A DNA stretch of 64,000 nt, taken from a virus (taxonomy: Duplodnaviria; Caudoviricetes). The DNA lies in the IMG/VR virus record IMGVR_UViG_3300028591_000072, positions 64,001-128,000 of that record, one strand, 5' to 3'. Below, in pieces: positions 47,847-58,055 of this stretch. A program made the position numbers and the translations under genes. The notes below the pieces were generated by a model. That model was not told where the DNA came from. It saw only the letters and a list, made by a program, of their open reading frames with translations, and searched no databases. Every line of letters starts with the position of its first letter. Positions within the stretch are counted from its first letter, which is position 1.

Positions 47847-49514
47847 ATGATTAGACATTTTTTCTTAGATAAAACAAATACAATACTTGAAAATTCTCTT
47901 CAAAATTTGGGCCTTAATCCAATTATGAGTGTTGGATACGGACAATTTTTAATGAGAGGATTGTTACATTTTGATATTAATGAAATCAAGGAACTTATTA
48001 ATAATAAAACGTTTGCCGACCCAAGTAAATTAAAATTTACGTTAAAAATGACAAATTGTTTTTCAGTTGATACAGTACCTTATGACAAGCCGATACACAT
48101 ATCCCCTGATTTCTTGTTTGAAAGGGCAAGTTCATTTGATTTAATGCTTTTCAAGCTACCCATGAACTTTGATGCAGGACGTGGGTTTGATTATACTGAA
48201 GATTTCTACATTCAGCAAAAATTGGTATATGCTGAAGATGGGTCGAATTGGTATTTTGCAAACAAGTTTATTCCATGGAAATATGAAAGGGAAAAATTTT
48301 ATCTTGATTCCACAAAACCATTAAATATCAATAAAAAAAGATACTACGACAGGCAAAGGTCTGATGAGATATCAAGAGAGATATTTAAGATAGCAAGTGG
48401 ATTTTCGAATAGCGATGAAAGCATAGATGATTGGAAAACAGTAAAAAACGACTTACAGGAATTAGTTAAGTCATATTCATTGAACAACGAGGCGTTGCAT
48501 GGAGGCGTTTATTCAAATGAAACGTTGCAGCAAGAATATGAAAAATACATTAATGGCGAAGATTCAATAATAATAGGGACCCAGCATTTTGATTTTGGAA
48601 GTGAAAACCTATCAATTGATATAACAAAATACGTTCTTGACGAATTATCTGATGAATTTGACCAAACTTTGGAAGAGGACGAAAGAAAGCATATAGAAAA
48701 TTTCGGACTATGCTTGGCTTTTATTCCTTGCGATGAAAAAATAGGCTCATATTTGAAAGAATATTATGTCGGATTCTTTACAGACAACACAAACACTTTT
48801 TTCCATCCATATGTTGAATGCATTTATGACGAATATATAATGGATGATAGAGAATCTTTTACACTTGGCAAAGAAAATAATCTATATCTTTATGTTTTTG
48901 ATGATGGAATACCAACAAATCTTGATAGAATCCCGTCTTGTTCGATAAACGATGAGGACATACCAGTAAAACAAGCCACAAAAGGGGTGTATAAAGCCAC
49001 TGTGAGCAATTTAAACCAAAAATTGGAGAGAGGTGCCATTTACTACGATAAATGGTCTAAAATATATTTAAATGGCATTAAAAACGATGATGTTGAATTG
49101 GAGTTTTCAACAAGGCCATTGTCAAATAAGTTAATAATAAGTGAAAAGTCTTATTCAAAAAACGCTTTAGTACCATCTTTGTCAGGGATAAACGACAATG
49201 AAAGGCTAAAACGTGGTCAAGAGCGTGAAGTGTTGGTAGATTTTAGGGAAAAGTTCTCAACAGATAAAAGGCAACTAATTTCAAATGGAGAATATAGAAT
49301 TTATGTTTATGACGGAAATAGGCAATTGGAAGTAATACCATATACAAAGATAGAAAAAGGATTTTTAGATAACTATTTTAAGATTTATACAAACGACTTT
49401 ATACCAAACAAGTACCATGTAGATATAAAAGTATCTGATGGAAGGGAGATAAGATTTTTTGAAAATGTATTGTCCTTTGAAATAATAAGTGACATTACTG
49501 AACGTTATGAGTGA
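47847..49514 (+). CDS. Late structural protein (baseplate/tail associated)
   Basis: Late motif at 47819; RGLLHFD, FFTDNTNTFFHPYVE. Confidence 0.55.
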   Translation: MIRHFFLDKTNTILENSLQNLGLNPIMSVGYGQFLMRGLLHFDINEIKELINNKTFADPSKLKFTLKMTNCFSVDTVPYDKPIHISPDFLFERASSFDLMLFKLPMNFDAGRGFDYTEDFYIQQKLVYAEDGSNWYFANKFIPWKYEREKFYLDSTKPLNINKKRYYDRQRSDEISREIFKIASGFSNSDESIDDWKTVKNDLQELVKSYSLNNEALHGGVYSNETLQQEYEKYINGEDSIIIGTQHFDFGSENLSIDITKYVLDELSDEFDQTLEEDERKHIENFGLCLAFIPCDEKIGSYLKEYYVGFFTDNTNTFFHPYVECIYDEYIMDDRESFTLGKENNLYLYVFDDGIPTNLDRIPSCSINDEDIPVKQATKGVYKATVSNLNQKLERGAIYYDKWSKIYLNGIKNDDVELEFSTRPLSNKLIISEKSYSKNALVPSLSGINDNERLKRGQEREVLVDFREKFSTDKRQLISNGEYRIYVYDGNRQLEVIPYTKIEKGFLDNYFKIYTNDFIPNKYHVDIKVSDGREIRFFENVLSFEIISDITERYE

Positions 49515-49537
49515 ACTACCCACAAACTAAAGTTATC

Positions 49538-50461
49538 TTAATTAATTCTAACACTATCTGAAAGCAATTCCCCACCGTCAAGTAAAATTGCTTTTTTTTC
49601 AGTTAAATCTTTAACCATTTCAGTTGTCACCGGCTCCTTCATTGGGAATGGGTGTTTATGGCTTAAAAACGCATTAATGAATATTTGTAATATTTCAACT
49701 AGTTTTTCTCCGTATGGAAGTTTATATGCTTCATCAATGGCATATTTTAATGTCTTGTCAGATATCAAATCTTCTTGGTCAATTGAAGGCAATTTAAACT
49801 TATTTTCTTTTGACTGTGTAGATAATATATTTATTTTATCAGCAACTAATGTTACTGTACTATTTACTTGCTTAATTTGTGCTGATTTTCCGTTTTTAAC
49901 ATTTTTATCAACATCTGATTGTTTTATTAATCCACCAGGGTGATATTTTACTTTAACAAACGCAGGGTCGTTTGTGTTAAATTTAATATTATAAGGATTT
50001 TCTTCATCTGATATTTTTACTCCTGATTTAATTCTAACATCATCATCAGTTACTTGAATATCTGAATTTTTTCTTCCACGAACACAAATATCAGAATTAT
50101 TTGGAAGAACGCCATTACATTTTTTTTCACCGCTTGGCGATTTTGTCGCTTCAAATTCACGTCCACGCATAAAAGTTGGAGCATATGTTGATTCATCGTA
50201 CCAAATTTTATCATCTTGTGAAATCACGGGGCCAATGTAATATCTTTGACTATAACCTTTATCATCAACAGCAAGAAATACCAAAACGCCTTCGCCCGGC
50301 TTTGGCTTAACATGGAACATTTTAGGTAATAATGGAAATGCTGTTTGTTCAATAGAGCCATTTCCATTATCTTCAGGCTCAAGTCTTACTGTAATCAAAT
50401 CACTATCAGTTGAATCTTCTACATCAATAACCCTACAATATCTAACGCCTTGGACACTCAT
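49538..50461 (-). CDS. Baseplate hub/spike protein (gp5 N-terminal OB-fold-like)
   Basis: VIDVED..ITVRL..AFPLLP..PKPGEGVLV; C-terminal HKHP. Confidence 0.6.
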   Translation of the reverse strand: MSVQGVRYCRVIDVEDSTDSDLITVRLEPEDNGNGSIEQTAFPLLPKMFHVKPKPGEGVLVFLAVDDKGYSQRYYIGPVISQDDKIWYDESTYAPTFMRGREFEATKSPSGEKKCNGVLPNNSDICVRGRKNSDIQVTDDDVRIKSGVKISDEENPYNIKFNTNDPAFVKVKYHPGGLIKQSDVDKNVKNGKSAQIKQVNSTVTLVADKINILSTQSKENKFKLPSIDQEDLISDKTLKYAIDEAYKLPYGEKLVEILQIFINAFLSHKHPFPMKEPVTTEMVKDLTEKKAILLDGGELLSDSVRIN

Positions 50462-50463
50462 AA

Positions 50464-50646
50464 TTAAAATATATTTTTCCTACTGTTTATTTCTCTATTT
50501 GCATCATTAAATTTTCTTTGTATGTTTTCGATTTCTTCACAAAGTCGTATAAGTTCATTTTTTTTTGAATCAAATTCATTTTGTAATGTTTCAATACACA
50601 ATTTAAGTTCTGAATTTGACATATTGTTATAATCTGTTCTATCCAT
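50464..50646 (-). CDS. Small coiled-coil protein
   Basis: 60-aa ORF tightly packed in the operon. Confidence 0.6.
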   Translation of the reverse strand: MDRTDYNNMSNSELKLCIETLQNEFDSKKNELIRLCEEIENIQRKFNDANREINSRKNIF

Positions 50647-50657
50647 TGAAAAAAAAA

Positions 50658-51050
50658 TTATTGCATTATTCCATTTGCGACAGAATCCTTTAAATTAGTT
50701 CCAACAACGACTATAGGACCCCCAGCATTTCCACCGTTTGCTTGAATTAATAAACTATTTGCAGGAACAGCAACTTGAACAGTTGCATCATGCTTAATTG
50801 CCTCAACAATACTCTTTACAATATTGTGCGTATATGCATTTATCAAGTTTTCAGTACCATCTTCATTTTCTCCTGTTGGTATTCCAAGCGCTTTATTATT
50901 TTGTATTATTTGAGAAGTTATTTTGTACGCAGAAAGTCCCGTTCTGACCAAAGAAGTGCATTTAAGCAACATCGGAGGAAGTATATTTGCAGGAACTTTT
51001 ACGCCATCCATTGTTTTTGATATTGATTCAACTATATTAGATATGTTCAT
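50658..51050 (-). CDS. Hypothetical structural protein
   Basis: Lies in a late operon; GGNAGGPIVVVG. Confidence 0.6.
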   Translation of the reverse strand: MNISNIVESISKTMDGVKVPANILPPMLLKCTSLVRTGLSAYKITSQIIQNNKALGIPTGENEDGTENLINAYTHNIVKSIVEAIKHDATVQVAVPANSLLIQANGGNAGGPIVVVGTNLKDSVANGIMQ

Positions 51051-51073
51051 TTCGTATTTTTTTTAACATGTTA

Positions 51074-53701
51074 TTAACATTCTGAACTATTTTCAGGTAT
51101 AATTTGTTCATTTACAATATCAGCATATTCAACATCTTCTATATATCCAATTGGCTTCGTTTGTACAATCCCAACTATATTTTGCATGCATTTTAGTGCA
51201 TCTAATAATATAATTGTCCAATCGGTTATTCGTTCAAGATATGTCATTATTTCATATTTTTTAATCAATGGTAAAACAACTTCTGTAAAAAAGTCAAGAA
51301 GAATTTCAATTATCTTATCTTTCACAAAAAGAACTATTGATTTAACCAATCCGAGAACCTTATTAATCAATAAATTTATTATTTTTCCAAAATCCTGCCC
51401 AAACGCATCATCAATATTAACTAATCCAAATAATTGGAAATTAATCATCATTAAAAGCATAACTTGCGGCGTAAAAATAGATTCAACTATTGGCATCACA
51501 ATTGCCCATATGAACCTTTCAAGCATATTTGAATCGAAACCATATTCAAAGCCCCATCCTTTATTTTCAGGTTCAGTTCCCGGAATCATCATTATGTCAT
51601 TTACAAGTCTTGTTACATTTTTAACTGTACCTTGCGTTTCTGAATCTGAATTTATATTGTCCAATTTGTCAAAATAATCTTGTAAATTATGTTGTCTCCC
51701 TTTATATACTTCGCCATTATATTCACTAGCGGTGTATCTGCTTAATACCATTTCATTAAGAAGGTCGTTGAAATCTTCATTTGAAAACGATTTCCAACAA
51801 TCCTCAACCTCCATGTCATTTGCGGTTATGATTGAATAAATTGCCTTCCCTAAGGCTGCTTCTATTTTTTTCTTAGTTATGCTAAACTTGAAACTTGATG
51901 CTGATTCAATAGTAAACCCTAAAAGGTGTTCAACAAACCTAACCAATAGCAATCTTGGATTTAAAATTTGTATATTTTTAAGATATTCCCAATCATATTT
52001 ATATACACTTGCGTTAAAGTATTTAAAATTGTTTGATTCATCTTGATTATATTCTCCATTTATAATATCATCTCTTTTTTTAGGCAAAAAATATCTTTGT
52101 GATGGTATTCTGACCAAAATTGTTGAATTGTTATATTTTTCAATTTGAATAATTGGATATATTGCATTTGAATTTTCATCTAATTGGAATTTAAATGAAT
52201 TGCCTTCTTGTGATTTTGACGAATACCATCTATTCCAATCTTCTCCGTTAATACGTTCTATTCCGTTTTTTCTTGCAGATATTCTACTATCCCACATCAA
52301 GTGGTTTTCTTCTATTTGATTTGTTTTATTTCCTCTGTTTATGCAATACCATATGAAAGCATTCATGTCATATGCCCTATAAAGTAATGTTGGTGAAATT
52401 CCTTCATAGCAAACAATTAAATCAGGACTATTTTCATCAATAACAGACCTATCAGGAACATAAGTGTATCTTACGGCTTCTGTTGTTTTTTCTTTTTTTG
52501 AATCAACAGTAACATATGACAAAAATCTTTCTTCATGTTCAACAAGTGCAGTTACTTCTGTTGGTTCTGTTGCTATTTTTTCAATTTCATAAAGTTCATC
52601 ACTTCTATCCGTTCCAAATATCATGTTTGGAATCGGTGAGCCTCCATCTGATTTCCACGAAGTTGGGCCATTTCCAGTATTTGATAAATAAATCCAAATT
52701 TTTTCTCCATTTTTTGTTCCGTATTCAAATCCTTTGTTGAATCCATTTATTTTTATTGAATAAATAACAGAGGAAGAATTATTTGGCCCAGTTGAATTAA
52801 CATATATAAAATCATTAACAAATTCATTTTCATTGTTTATTTTTTCTGTATATGTTCTCCCTTTATATATTATTAGTTTTTTTGTACATATTGAATCAGA
52901 ACCACCAGGTAGATATATAGTCGTTATTTCAATATCAAAAGGCGCTGTAGTGTGAAAATTTGAAGCATCAAGTATTGCATAACTAACCATGCTTCTTAAA
53001 TTCGATTTTTCGTAAATGAATTTTATTTGATAAACATCACAATATTTCAGACCGCTATCAATGTATTTGTCGCCAGGATTAACCTCTATTCGCTCAGGCG
53101 TTTTATATGTGTTTGTTATTAGTGTTTTTTTGTAGTAAACATCATGTCCATCAACAGAATAATATAGTCTCCCATCTCTTGTTGCAGGAGAAATTGAAAG
53201 CATTCCTATCATGTCAATCGTTGACATAGGTATTTTCAATTTATAATTATAGTCATTAGAATTATTTTCAATTGTAATGTTTTTAACGGTAGAAGACATA
53301 AGTCCTTGTATTGATGTGTTAAGGTCAAATACCTTATTTGGGAGTATTGGAATTGCGGAGCATGTATAAACACTCGAAAACAAAGCCATTAAAATGGACT
53401 TTATTGAAAATTCAAGCGTACTCATGAATTCATTTTGTTCAAATGTAAAGTCTTGCCTGTTTATATAATCATAAAGCCCGTTTATTGTCATTCCCGGTTT
53501 TCCTTCAACGCCAAATATCTTACTTATAATATATTGTATTATCTGGCTATCGCTTATACCACAACATCTTATTATATCCATAACAAAATCAAATGCAGAC
53601 TCATAAGTTTTTCCATCTTTATCGAAAATACCCATGGGAAAGTTTTCGACCATTGTTTTTATCATTCCAATGTTACTTATAACTCTGTCAGTCTGATTCA
53701 T
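51074..53701 (-). CDS. Large hypothetical structural protein
   Basis: 875-aa ORF in the operon downstream of late motif 54130. Confidence 0.65.
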   Translation of the reverse strand: MNQTDRVISNIGMIKTMVENFPMGIFDKDGKTYESAFDFVMDIIRCCGISDSQIIQYIISKIFGVEGKPGMTINGLYDYINRQDFTFEQNEFMSTLEFSIKSILMALFSSVYTCSAIPILPNKVFDLNTSIQGLMSSTVKNITIENNSNDYNYKLKIPMSTIDMIGMLSISPATRDGRLYYSVDGHDVYYKKTLITNTYKTPERIEVNPGDKYIDSGLKYCDVYQIKFIYEKSNLRSMVSYAILDASNFHTTAPFDIEITTIYLPGGSDSICTKKLIIYKGRTYTEKINNENEFVNDFIYVNSTGPNNSSSVIYSIKINGFNKGFEYGTKNGEKIWIYLSNTGNGPTSWKSDGGSPIPNMIFGTDRSDELYEIEKIATEPTEVTALVEHEERFLSYVTVDSKKEKTTEAVRYTYVPDRSVIDENSPDLIVCYEGISPTLLYRAYDMNAFIWYCINRGNKTNQIEENHLMWDSRISARKNGIERINGEDWNRWYSSKSQEGNSFKFQLDENSNAIYPIIQIEKYNNSTILVRIPSQRYFLPKKRDDIINGEYNQDESNNFKYFNASVYKYDWEYLKNIQILNPRLLLVRFVEHLLGFTIESASSFKFSITKKKIEAALGKAIYSIITANDMEVEDCWKSFSNEDFNDLLNEMVLSRYTASEYNGEVYKGRQHNLQDYFDKLDNINSDSETQGTVKNVTRLVNDIMMIPGTEPENKGWGFEYGFDSNMLERFIWAIVMPIVESIFTPQVMLLMMINFQLFGLVNIDDAFGQDFGKIINLLINKVLGLVKSIVLFVKDKIIEILLDFFTEVVLPLIKKYEIMTYLERITDWTIILLDALKCMQNIVGIVQTKPIGYIEDVEYADIVNEQIIPENSSEC

Positions 53702-53707
53702 GTTTAT

Positions 53708-54112
53708 TTAGTTTTTTTTAAGGTCATATGTTATTGTACCACAGTCATTTTCGGCTATCATGCTTTTTATTTCATCTAAATTAAGAGACGTTCTTTTTTT
53801 AAAGTTTTTATCATTAACTGTTGCGTTTGCATCACCGTTATGTTTCATTATTTCTCCCATGAATTTTGCAACTTCAAACTTTGCTGAGATTGCCTTTGCC
53901 TTATCACCCATGAAATCATGAATTGCCTTTGCATATGTTGCTTTTGCATCAATACTAAATCCATCAGCGCCAAGATTTGTTGAATTGACCAATTTGTTTA
54001 TTTCGTTTTGTATTTCAGCAATTTGTTTACATGCTTGGTCATATATTTCTTGTAATAATTCTTCTATTTTTTCAGCAGAATTAAGTCTTACTTTATATCT
54101 TTTTGTTTCCAT
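53708..54112 (-). CDS. Hypothetical protein, first gene of a late operon
   Basis: Late motif at 54130-54138. Confidence 0.65.
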   Translation of the reverse strand: METKRYKVRLNSAEKIEELLQEIYDQACKQIAEIQNEINKLVNSTNLGADGFSIDAKATYAKAIHDFMGDKAKAISAKFEVAKFMGEIMKHNGDANATVNDKNFKKRTSLNLDEIKSMIAENDCGTITYDLKKN

Positions 54113-54159
54113 AACTTTTAATATATAAAATAAATAGTTTTATATAATTTTCGTATCGT

Positions 54160-55056
54160 TTATTTGATTTCTTTTTCTTTCAAAAAATAATACACATTCT
54201 TAAAGTTACGCATATTATCTCTCAATTCCTTAGTTGTCATCATTGTATCTTCTCTCAAATAATAAAGTATTGATGATTTTTGTAGTTTCTTGCTACCTTC
54301 ATTCGGTAACACACTTTCCCAATTCTTAAACAATGTCACCAAAGACTTCCCAACCTTTACTTCGTTGTCTGTTAATCCATTAGTTTCACGCTCATTAATC
54401 ATTTTTTCTATCTCTTTTGTTATATTTATAACCAAGTTCTCAGCGTGAGTTGAAAAGCTTTCTTCATTTGTAGAAAATCTTTCATCGTTGTTAATATCTT
54501 CATATATATCTTCATAAGAAGAATTTCTTAATTTTTTCTTTGTATATTGAGAGCATTTATACATTAAATAATTTCTGCAAACAGTACCGCAGTATGAATA
54601 TGCTTTATATTTATGCAATACTTTTTTAAAATTATTTTTTACAAAATTTGAATCTTCATCTTCAAAATCAACATGAATAAATTCAGGGTCGATTTCTTCT
54701 GCACCTTTTACTTTTTCTCTGAATTCACTTTCTGTCATTTCAATAAAATCAATTCCTTCAGTATTTCCCGTGTATTCATCATAGCAATAAATTTCAGGCT
54801 TGAAATGATTTATTTTTGTAAGCAAATACGAGATTGTGTCGCTGAAATTCTGTTCAAATTCTTCATCAGGAACAAACAATTTGTATCTTCTTATGATTGA
54901 TTCTATCATTTTCGTCAATGCTGGATACAAAATACTATTAAATATTTTATTTTTTTCAAAGGTGTTTGTCTCGTTAATATATTTTACTATAGCTTCTTCT
55001 TCATTTTCATAAAAATAGCCTTTTCTTTCTTTTGGTTTTCTTCCTCGTTTCGCCAT
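54160..55056 (-). CDS. Late-transcription sigma factor-like protein (T4 gp55-like)
   Basis: YF..EEEAI..Y; K..ESII.RY; KAYSYCGTVCRNYL resembling the gp55 region-2 motif. Confidence 0.6.
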   Translation of the reverse strand: MAKRGRKPKERKGYFYENEEEAIVKYINETNTFEKNKIFNSILYPALTKMIESIIRRYKLFVPDEEFEQNFSDTISYLLTKINHFKPEIYCYDEYTGNTEGIDFIEMTESEFREKVKGAEEIDPEFIHVDFEDEDSNFVKNNFKKVLHKYKAYSYCGTVCRNYLMYKCSQYTKKKLRNSSYEDIYEDINNDERFSTNEESFSTHAENLVINITKEIEKMINERETNGLTDNEVKVGKSLVTLFKNWESVLPNEGSKKLQKSSILYYLREDTMMTTKELRDNMRNFKNVYYFLKEKEIK

Positions 55057-55160
55057 TTCTGCTAAAGTTCTTTAAAAAAACTAAGCAAAACATCAATTCT
55101 ACATTTAAAATGCACTTTCTTAATCATACCCATAAAAATGGTCTTACCGATGATGTTTTA

Positions 55161-55185
55161 AAATGGGGCATGTAACGCCCCATTT
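55161..55185 (-). terminator. Hairpin downstream of the glycosyltransferase operon
   Basis: aaatggggc-atgtaac-gccccattt. Confidence 0.6.
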
Positions 55186-55203
55186 AATTTGCATCGTTAA
55201 ATA

Positions 55204-55962
55204 TTATTCTTCATATACTTTATTTCTATCTTTTTTGAAAAAATATTCTTTTTTTGCCAAATCTATCCACCAATCAGCCTCTTTTTCTGACATCGTTTCA
55301 ATATATTCACCCGTTAAACTGTCTTTTCTTCCAGTAAAATGATAATATCCAACCTTTGGAATCACAAATATTTTTTTGTTCTCATGTAATGACCTTAATA
55401 GGTATTCGAACCAAAACACAAGTTTCATTGATTCTTTAAGTTTACCAATAGAAACAAAATCATTTGTCTTAAACACAGCGCCAGAGGCGTTAAAACTTAA
55501 ATAATTTTGTAAAGATTCAATATCAACAAACCCAATTTCATCTGAAAATGAAGAAGCCCAAAAAGCCTCATTTGAATAACCGATTATTTCATTTGAATCA
55601 AAATCAATAACTTCTGTTAGTGGCAAAAATACAGAAATGTTTTTATCATCGCATTCAATATATTTTTCAACATTATTGAACCAAATTTTATTATAAAAAT
55701 CATCATATTCAAGAACAGAAAAATATTTAGTAGTAACTTTATCAATTGCAACATTTACATTATGCTGATATGACGATTCATTATTCATTTTTATCACATC
55801 AACATTATCAAATTTGTTTTCGTCTTTCTCTAAAAATTTAGAAATATCTTTTCCTATTAATATTATTTTATTTTCACCACAACTTTTAATTGCACGATTT
55901 AATTGCTCATCAATTTTTTCGCTATATTCTTTAATTGGTATAATAATAGTTAATTCTTTCAT
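55204..55962 (-). CDS. Glycosyltransferase, GT-A/GT2-like
   Basis: LTIIIPI..VN.AI..VTTKYFSVLEYDD. Confidence 0.75.
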   Translation of the reverse strand: MKELTIIIPIKEYSEKIDEQLNRAIKSCGENKIILIGKDISKFLEKDENKFDNVDVIKMNNESSYQHNVNVAIDKVTTKYFSVLEYDDFYNKIWFNNVEKYIECDDKNISVFLPLTEVIDFDSNEIIGYSNEAFWASSFSDEIGFVDIESLQNYLSFNASGAVFKTNDFVSIGKLKESMKLVFWFEYLLRSLHENKKIFVIPKVGYYHFTGRKDSLTGEYIETMSEKEADWWIDLAKKEYFFKKDRNKVYEE

Positions 55963-57068
55963 TATTCATCCTTTGTTTTAAATACATTATTTTCAATATC
56001 AACTAACACTTCATTGAAATCTTGCAATCTTTTATCAAATATTTTATGCACATAAGAATCTATTATTTCATTTTCTTGGTTTTCCTCTGAAAACATTTCG
56101 TCAAATTTTGATTGATTTTCATATACATCCAAAGGAACCGAATCAAGTGTCCAGCTTCTAATAACTGATGAAAGAATTTTTGGCAAATCTTCAATATCAT
56201 CAAACCAAAGAACAGAATCTGTTAGATTTCCGTTTTCATCTATCATCCAATCAGAAGGATGTGTTGGAGATTTTGCTAAAACAAGATTTCCGCATCTTAA
56301 GGATTCCAATAAATCATAACCGAATTTAGTATCATCATCAATCCAAATTGTAATTGCAGATTCCCTTAATGCTTCACAAAATGTTTCTTGTGGCAAACCA
56401 CGTAAATCCCTAAATGAAATCCATTGATAAATTGGATTTTCCCAATAAAACGGTTTAACAATGTTATTGAATTTAGACTGGTCTTTAGACAGAATATTTA
56501 CAACAAGTTTTCTTGGGCAAGTGTTGTTTCTGAACATTTTTTTAATTGACGGTGAAACAATATGACATCTTAATGATGGAAAATATTCTTTTAATTTCTT
56601 CATTTGATTATTTGTAGTTACAATTGCATCGCTAATTCCAAGCGTTTCCATTGTCTGTGTTGGTGGTATAAATTCGCAAATATTATCATAATTTTGAACA
56701 ATTACAACTCTTTTACATGGCAACTTTTTCGTTTGTATCATTACATTTGCAAAAATTTCAGGAATAAACAAGAAATCACTTGGAGATATCTCAACATTTT
56801 CCTTTTCTATGTTATAATGTGGTAATTGCCCATACTCTTCCCCAAGCCATCCGCTAACGCCTGTGAATTCTTTCTCTTGATGCAACATTGCAACATTATA
56901 TCCATGCTTTTTTAACACAAGAGCTGTTTGGTATATGTATTCCAATGCGCCTGACGGATTTCCCTTTGTGTCAAGAACGAAAAAGAATACATTGAACTTT
57001 TTGTTTTCTATTTTTGAAATGCTATCAGTAACTATTTTTAGCATTTCATTTTTTGTCATTTCTGCCAT
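55962..57068 (-). CDS. Glycosyltransferase-like protein, GT-B fold
   Basis: PSGALEYIYQ..L...GY, DFLFIPE, IWIDD..FG..LESLRCG. Confidence 0.65.
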   Translation of the reverse strand: MAEMTKNEMLKIVTDSISKIENKKFNVFFFVLDTKGNPSGALEYIYQTALVLKKHGYNVAMLHQEKEFTGVSGWLGEEYGQLPHYNIEKENVEISPSDFLFIPEIFANVMIQTKKLPCKRVVIVQNYDNICEFIPPTQTMETLGISDAIVTTNNQMKKLKEYFPSLRCHIVSPSIKKMFRNNTCPRKLVVNILSKDQSKFNNIVKPFYWENPIYQWISFRDLRGLPQETFCEALRESAITIWIDDDTKFGYDLLESLRCGNLVLAKSPTHPSDWMIDENGNLTDSVLWFDDIEDLPKILSSVIRSWTLDSVPLDVYENQSKFDEMFSEENQENEIIDSYVHKIFDKRLQDFNEVLVDIENNVFKTKDE

Positions 57069-57088
57069 TATTATTTTATTTTAATTTA

Positions 57089-57451
57089 TTATTCTACTTC
57101 TATTAAAATTCCCCAATTAATCAAAGTATTAATAGTTAAGCAAGTACCAAAATCCATTGTGAAAGATTCTTCATCTTGATTGTTTTCAAGAAGTGCAATA
57201 ACCAAAACTTTAACAACATCATAAATAATCATGTCATTCTGTTGATTTCCATATATTTTTGTTTCATGCTCAACTTTATTTGATATTACTAATTCGCCAT
57301 TATCATCAGGCTCATATGCTTGTGAAATTTCAACTTCTTTATTTAATCCATCTTTTGATGAAGTTAGACAAACATCTTTTAACTTTTCAAGATTTAATGC
57401 ATATTTTTTTCCACAAAAACCATAATATTTATCATTTATACTCATTTTCAT
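57089..57451 (-). CDS. Hypothetical protein
   Basis: ORF in a co-oriented operon. Confidence 0.65.
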   Translation of the reverse strand: MKMSINDKYYGFCGKKYALNLEKLKDVCLTSSKDGLNKEVEISQAYEPDDNGELVISNKVEHETKIYGNQQNDMIIYDVVKVLVIALLENNQDEESFTMDFGTCLTINTLINWGILIEVE

Positions 57452-58055
57452 ATTTTTCTATAATTTTTTTAATGTTATCTTGGCTTGTCAAAAAAGAACT
57501 TAAACTTGGATATTCAAAATCCGATTTATTATTTTTGTTATAATCCGTTTTTATTTTTATTGAAATTTTTGGACTCTCACAATCCGGTTTACAATCTAAT
57601 AAATCGGGATTTGCCGTGATAAGAACATCGCACCTATCCCAAATTGTAATTGAATCTTTTGGAAAATACACTTCTCTTATTTTAGTTCCCAATTTAGACA
57701 AGAAAAAATATGTATTTCCAATTGACAGCCCATACTCCATCGGAGAAACAAACATCACATCTATTTCATCGTTTTCATCAATATCTTTTATTGTTTTTTC
57801 GGTCCATTCATTTAATTCTGTTTCCAATCTTCTTGAGCAAACACCGCATTTTCCAAACAATTCGAATGCATAATCATTATACATAAAATTGTAATATGCG
57901 TTTTCGCTGTTAAAAGGAAAAACAGCATCTAATTTGTTTGTCCAAAATTCAAAATCATCCAAATCAAATTCATGATTGTACCTTTCAACATAATATTTCA
58001 AAAAATTATTTGAAAAATCCCGTACAACATCGTTTATATCTATTGCAATTTTCAT
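57432..58055 (-). CDS. HAD-superfamily 5'(3')-deoxyribonucleotidase-like protein (degenerate motif)
   Basis: MKIAIDINDVVRD..DVLITANP..YNK. Confidence 0.55.
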   Translation of the reverse strand: MKIAIDINDVVRDFSNNFLKYYVERYNHEFDLDDFEFWTNKLDAVFPFNSENAYYNFMYNDYAFELFGKCGVCSRRLETELNEWTEKTIKDIDENDEIDVMFVSPMEYGLSIGNTYFFLSKLGTKIREVYFPKDSITIWDRCDVLITANPDLLDCKPDCESPKISIKIKTDYNKNNKSDFEYPSLSSFLTSQDNIKKIIEKYENEYK

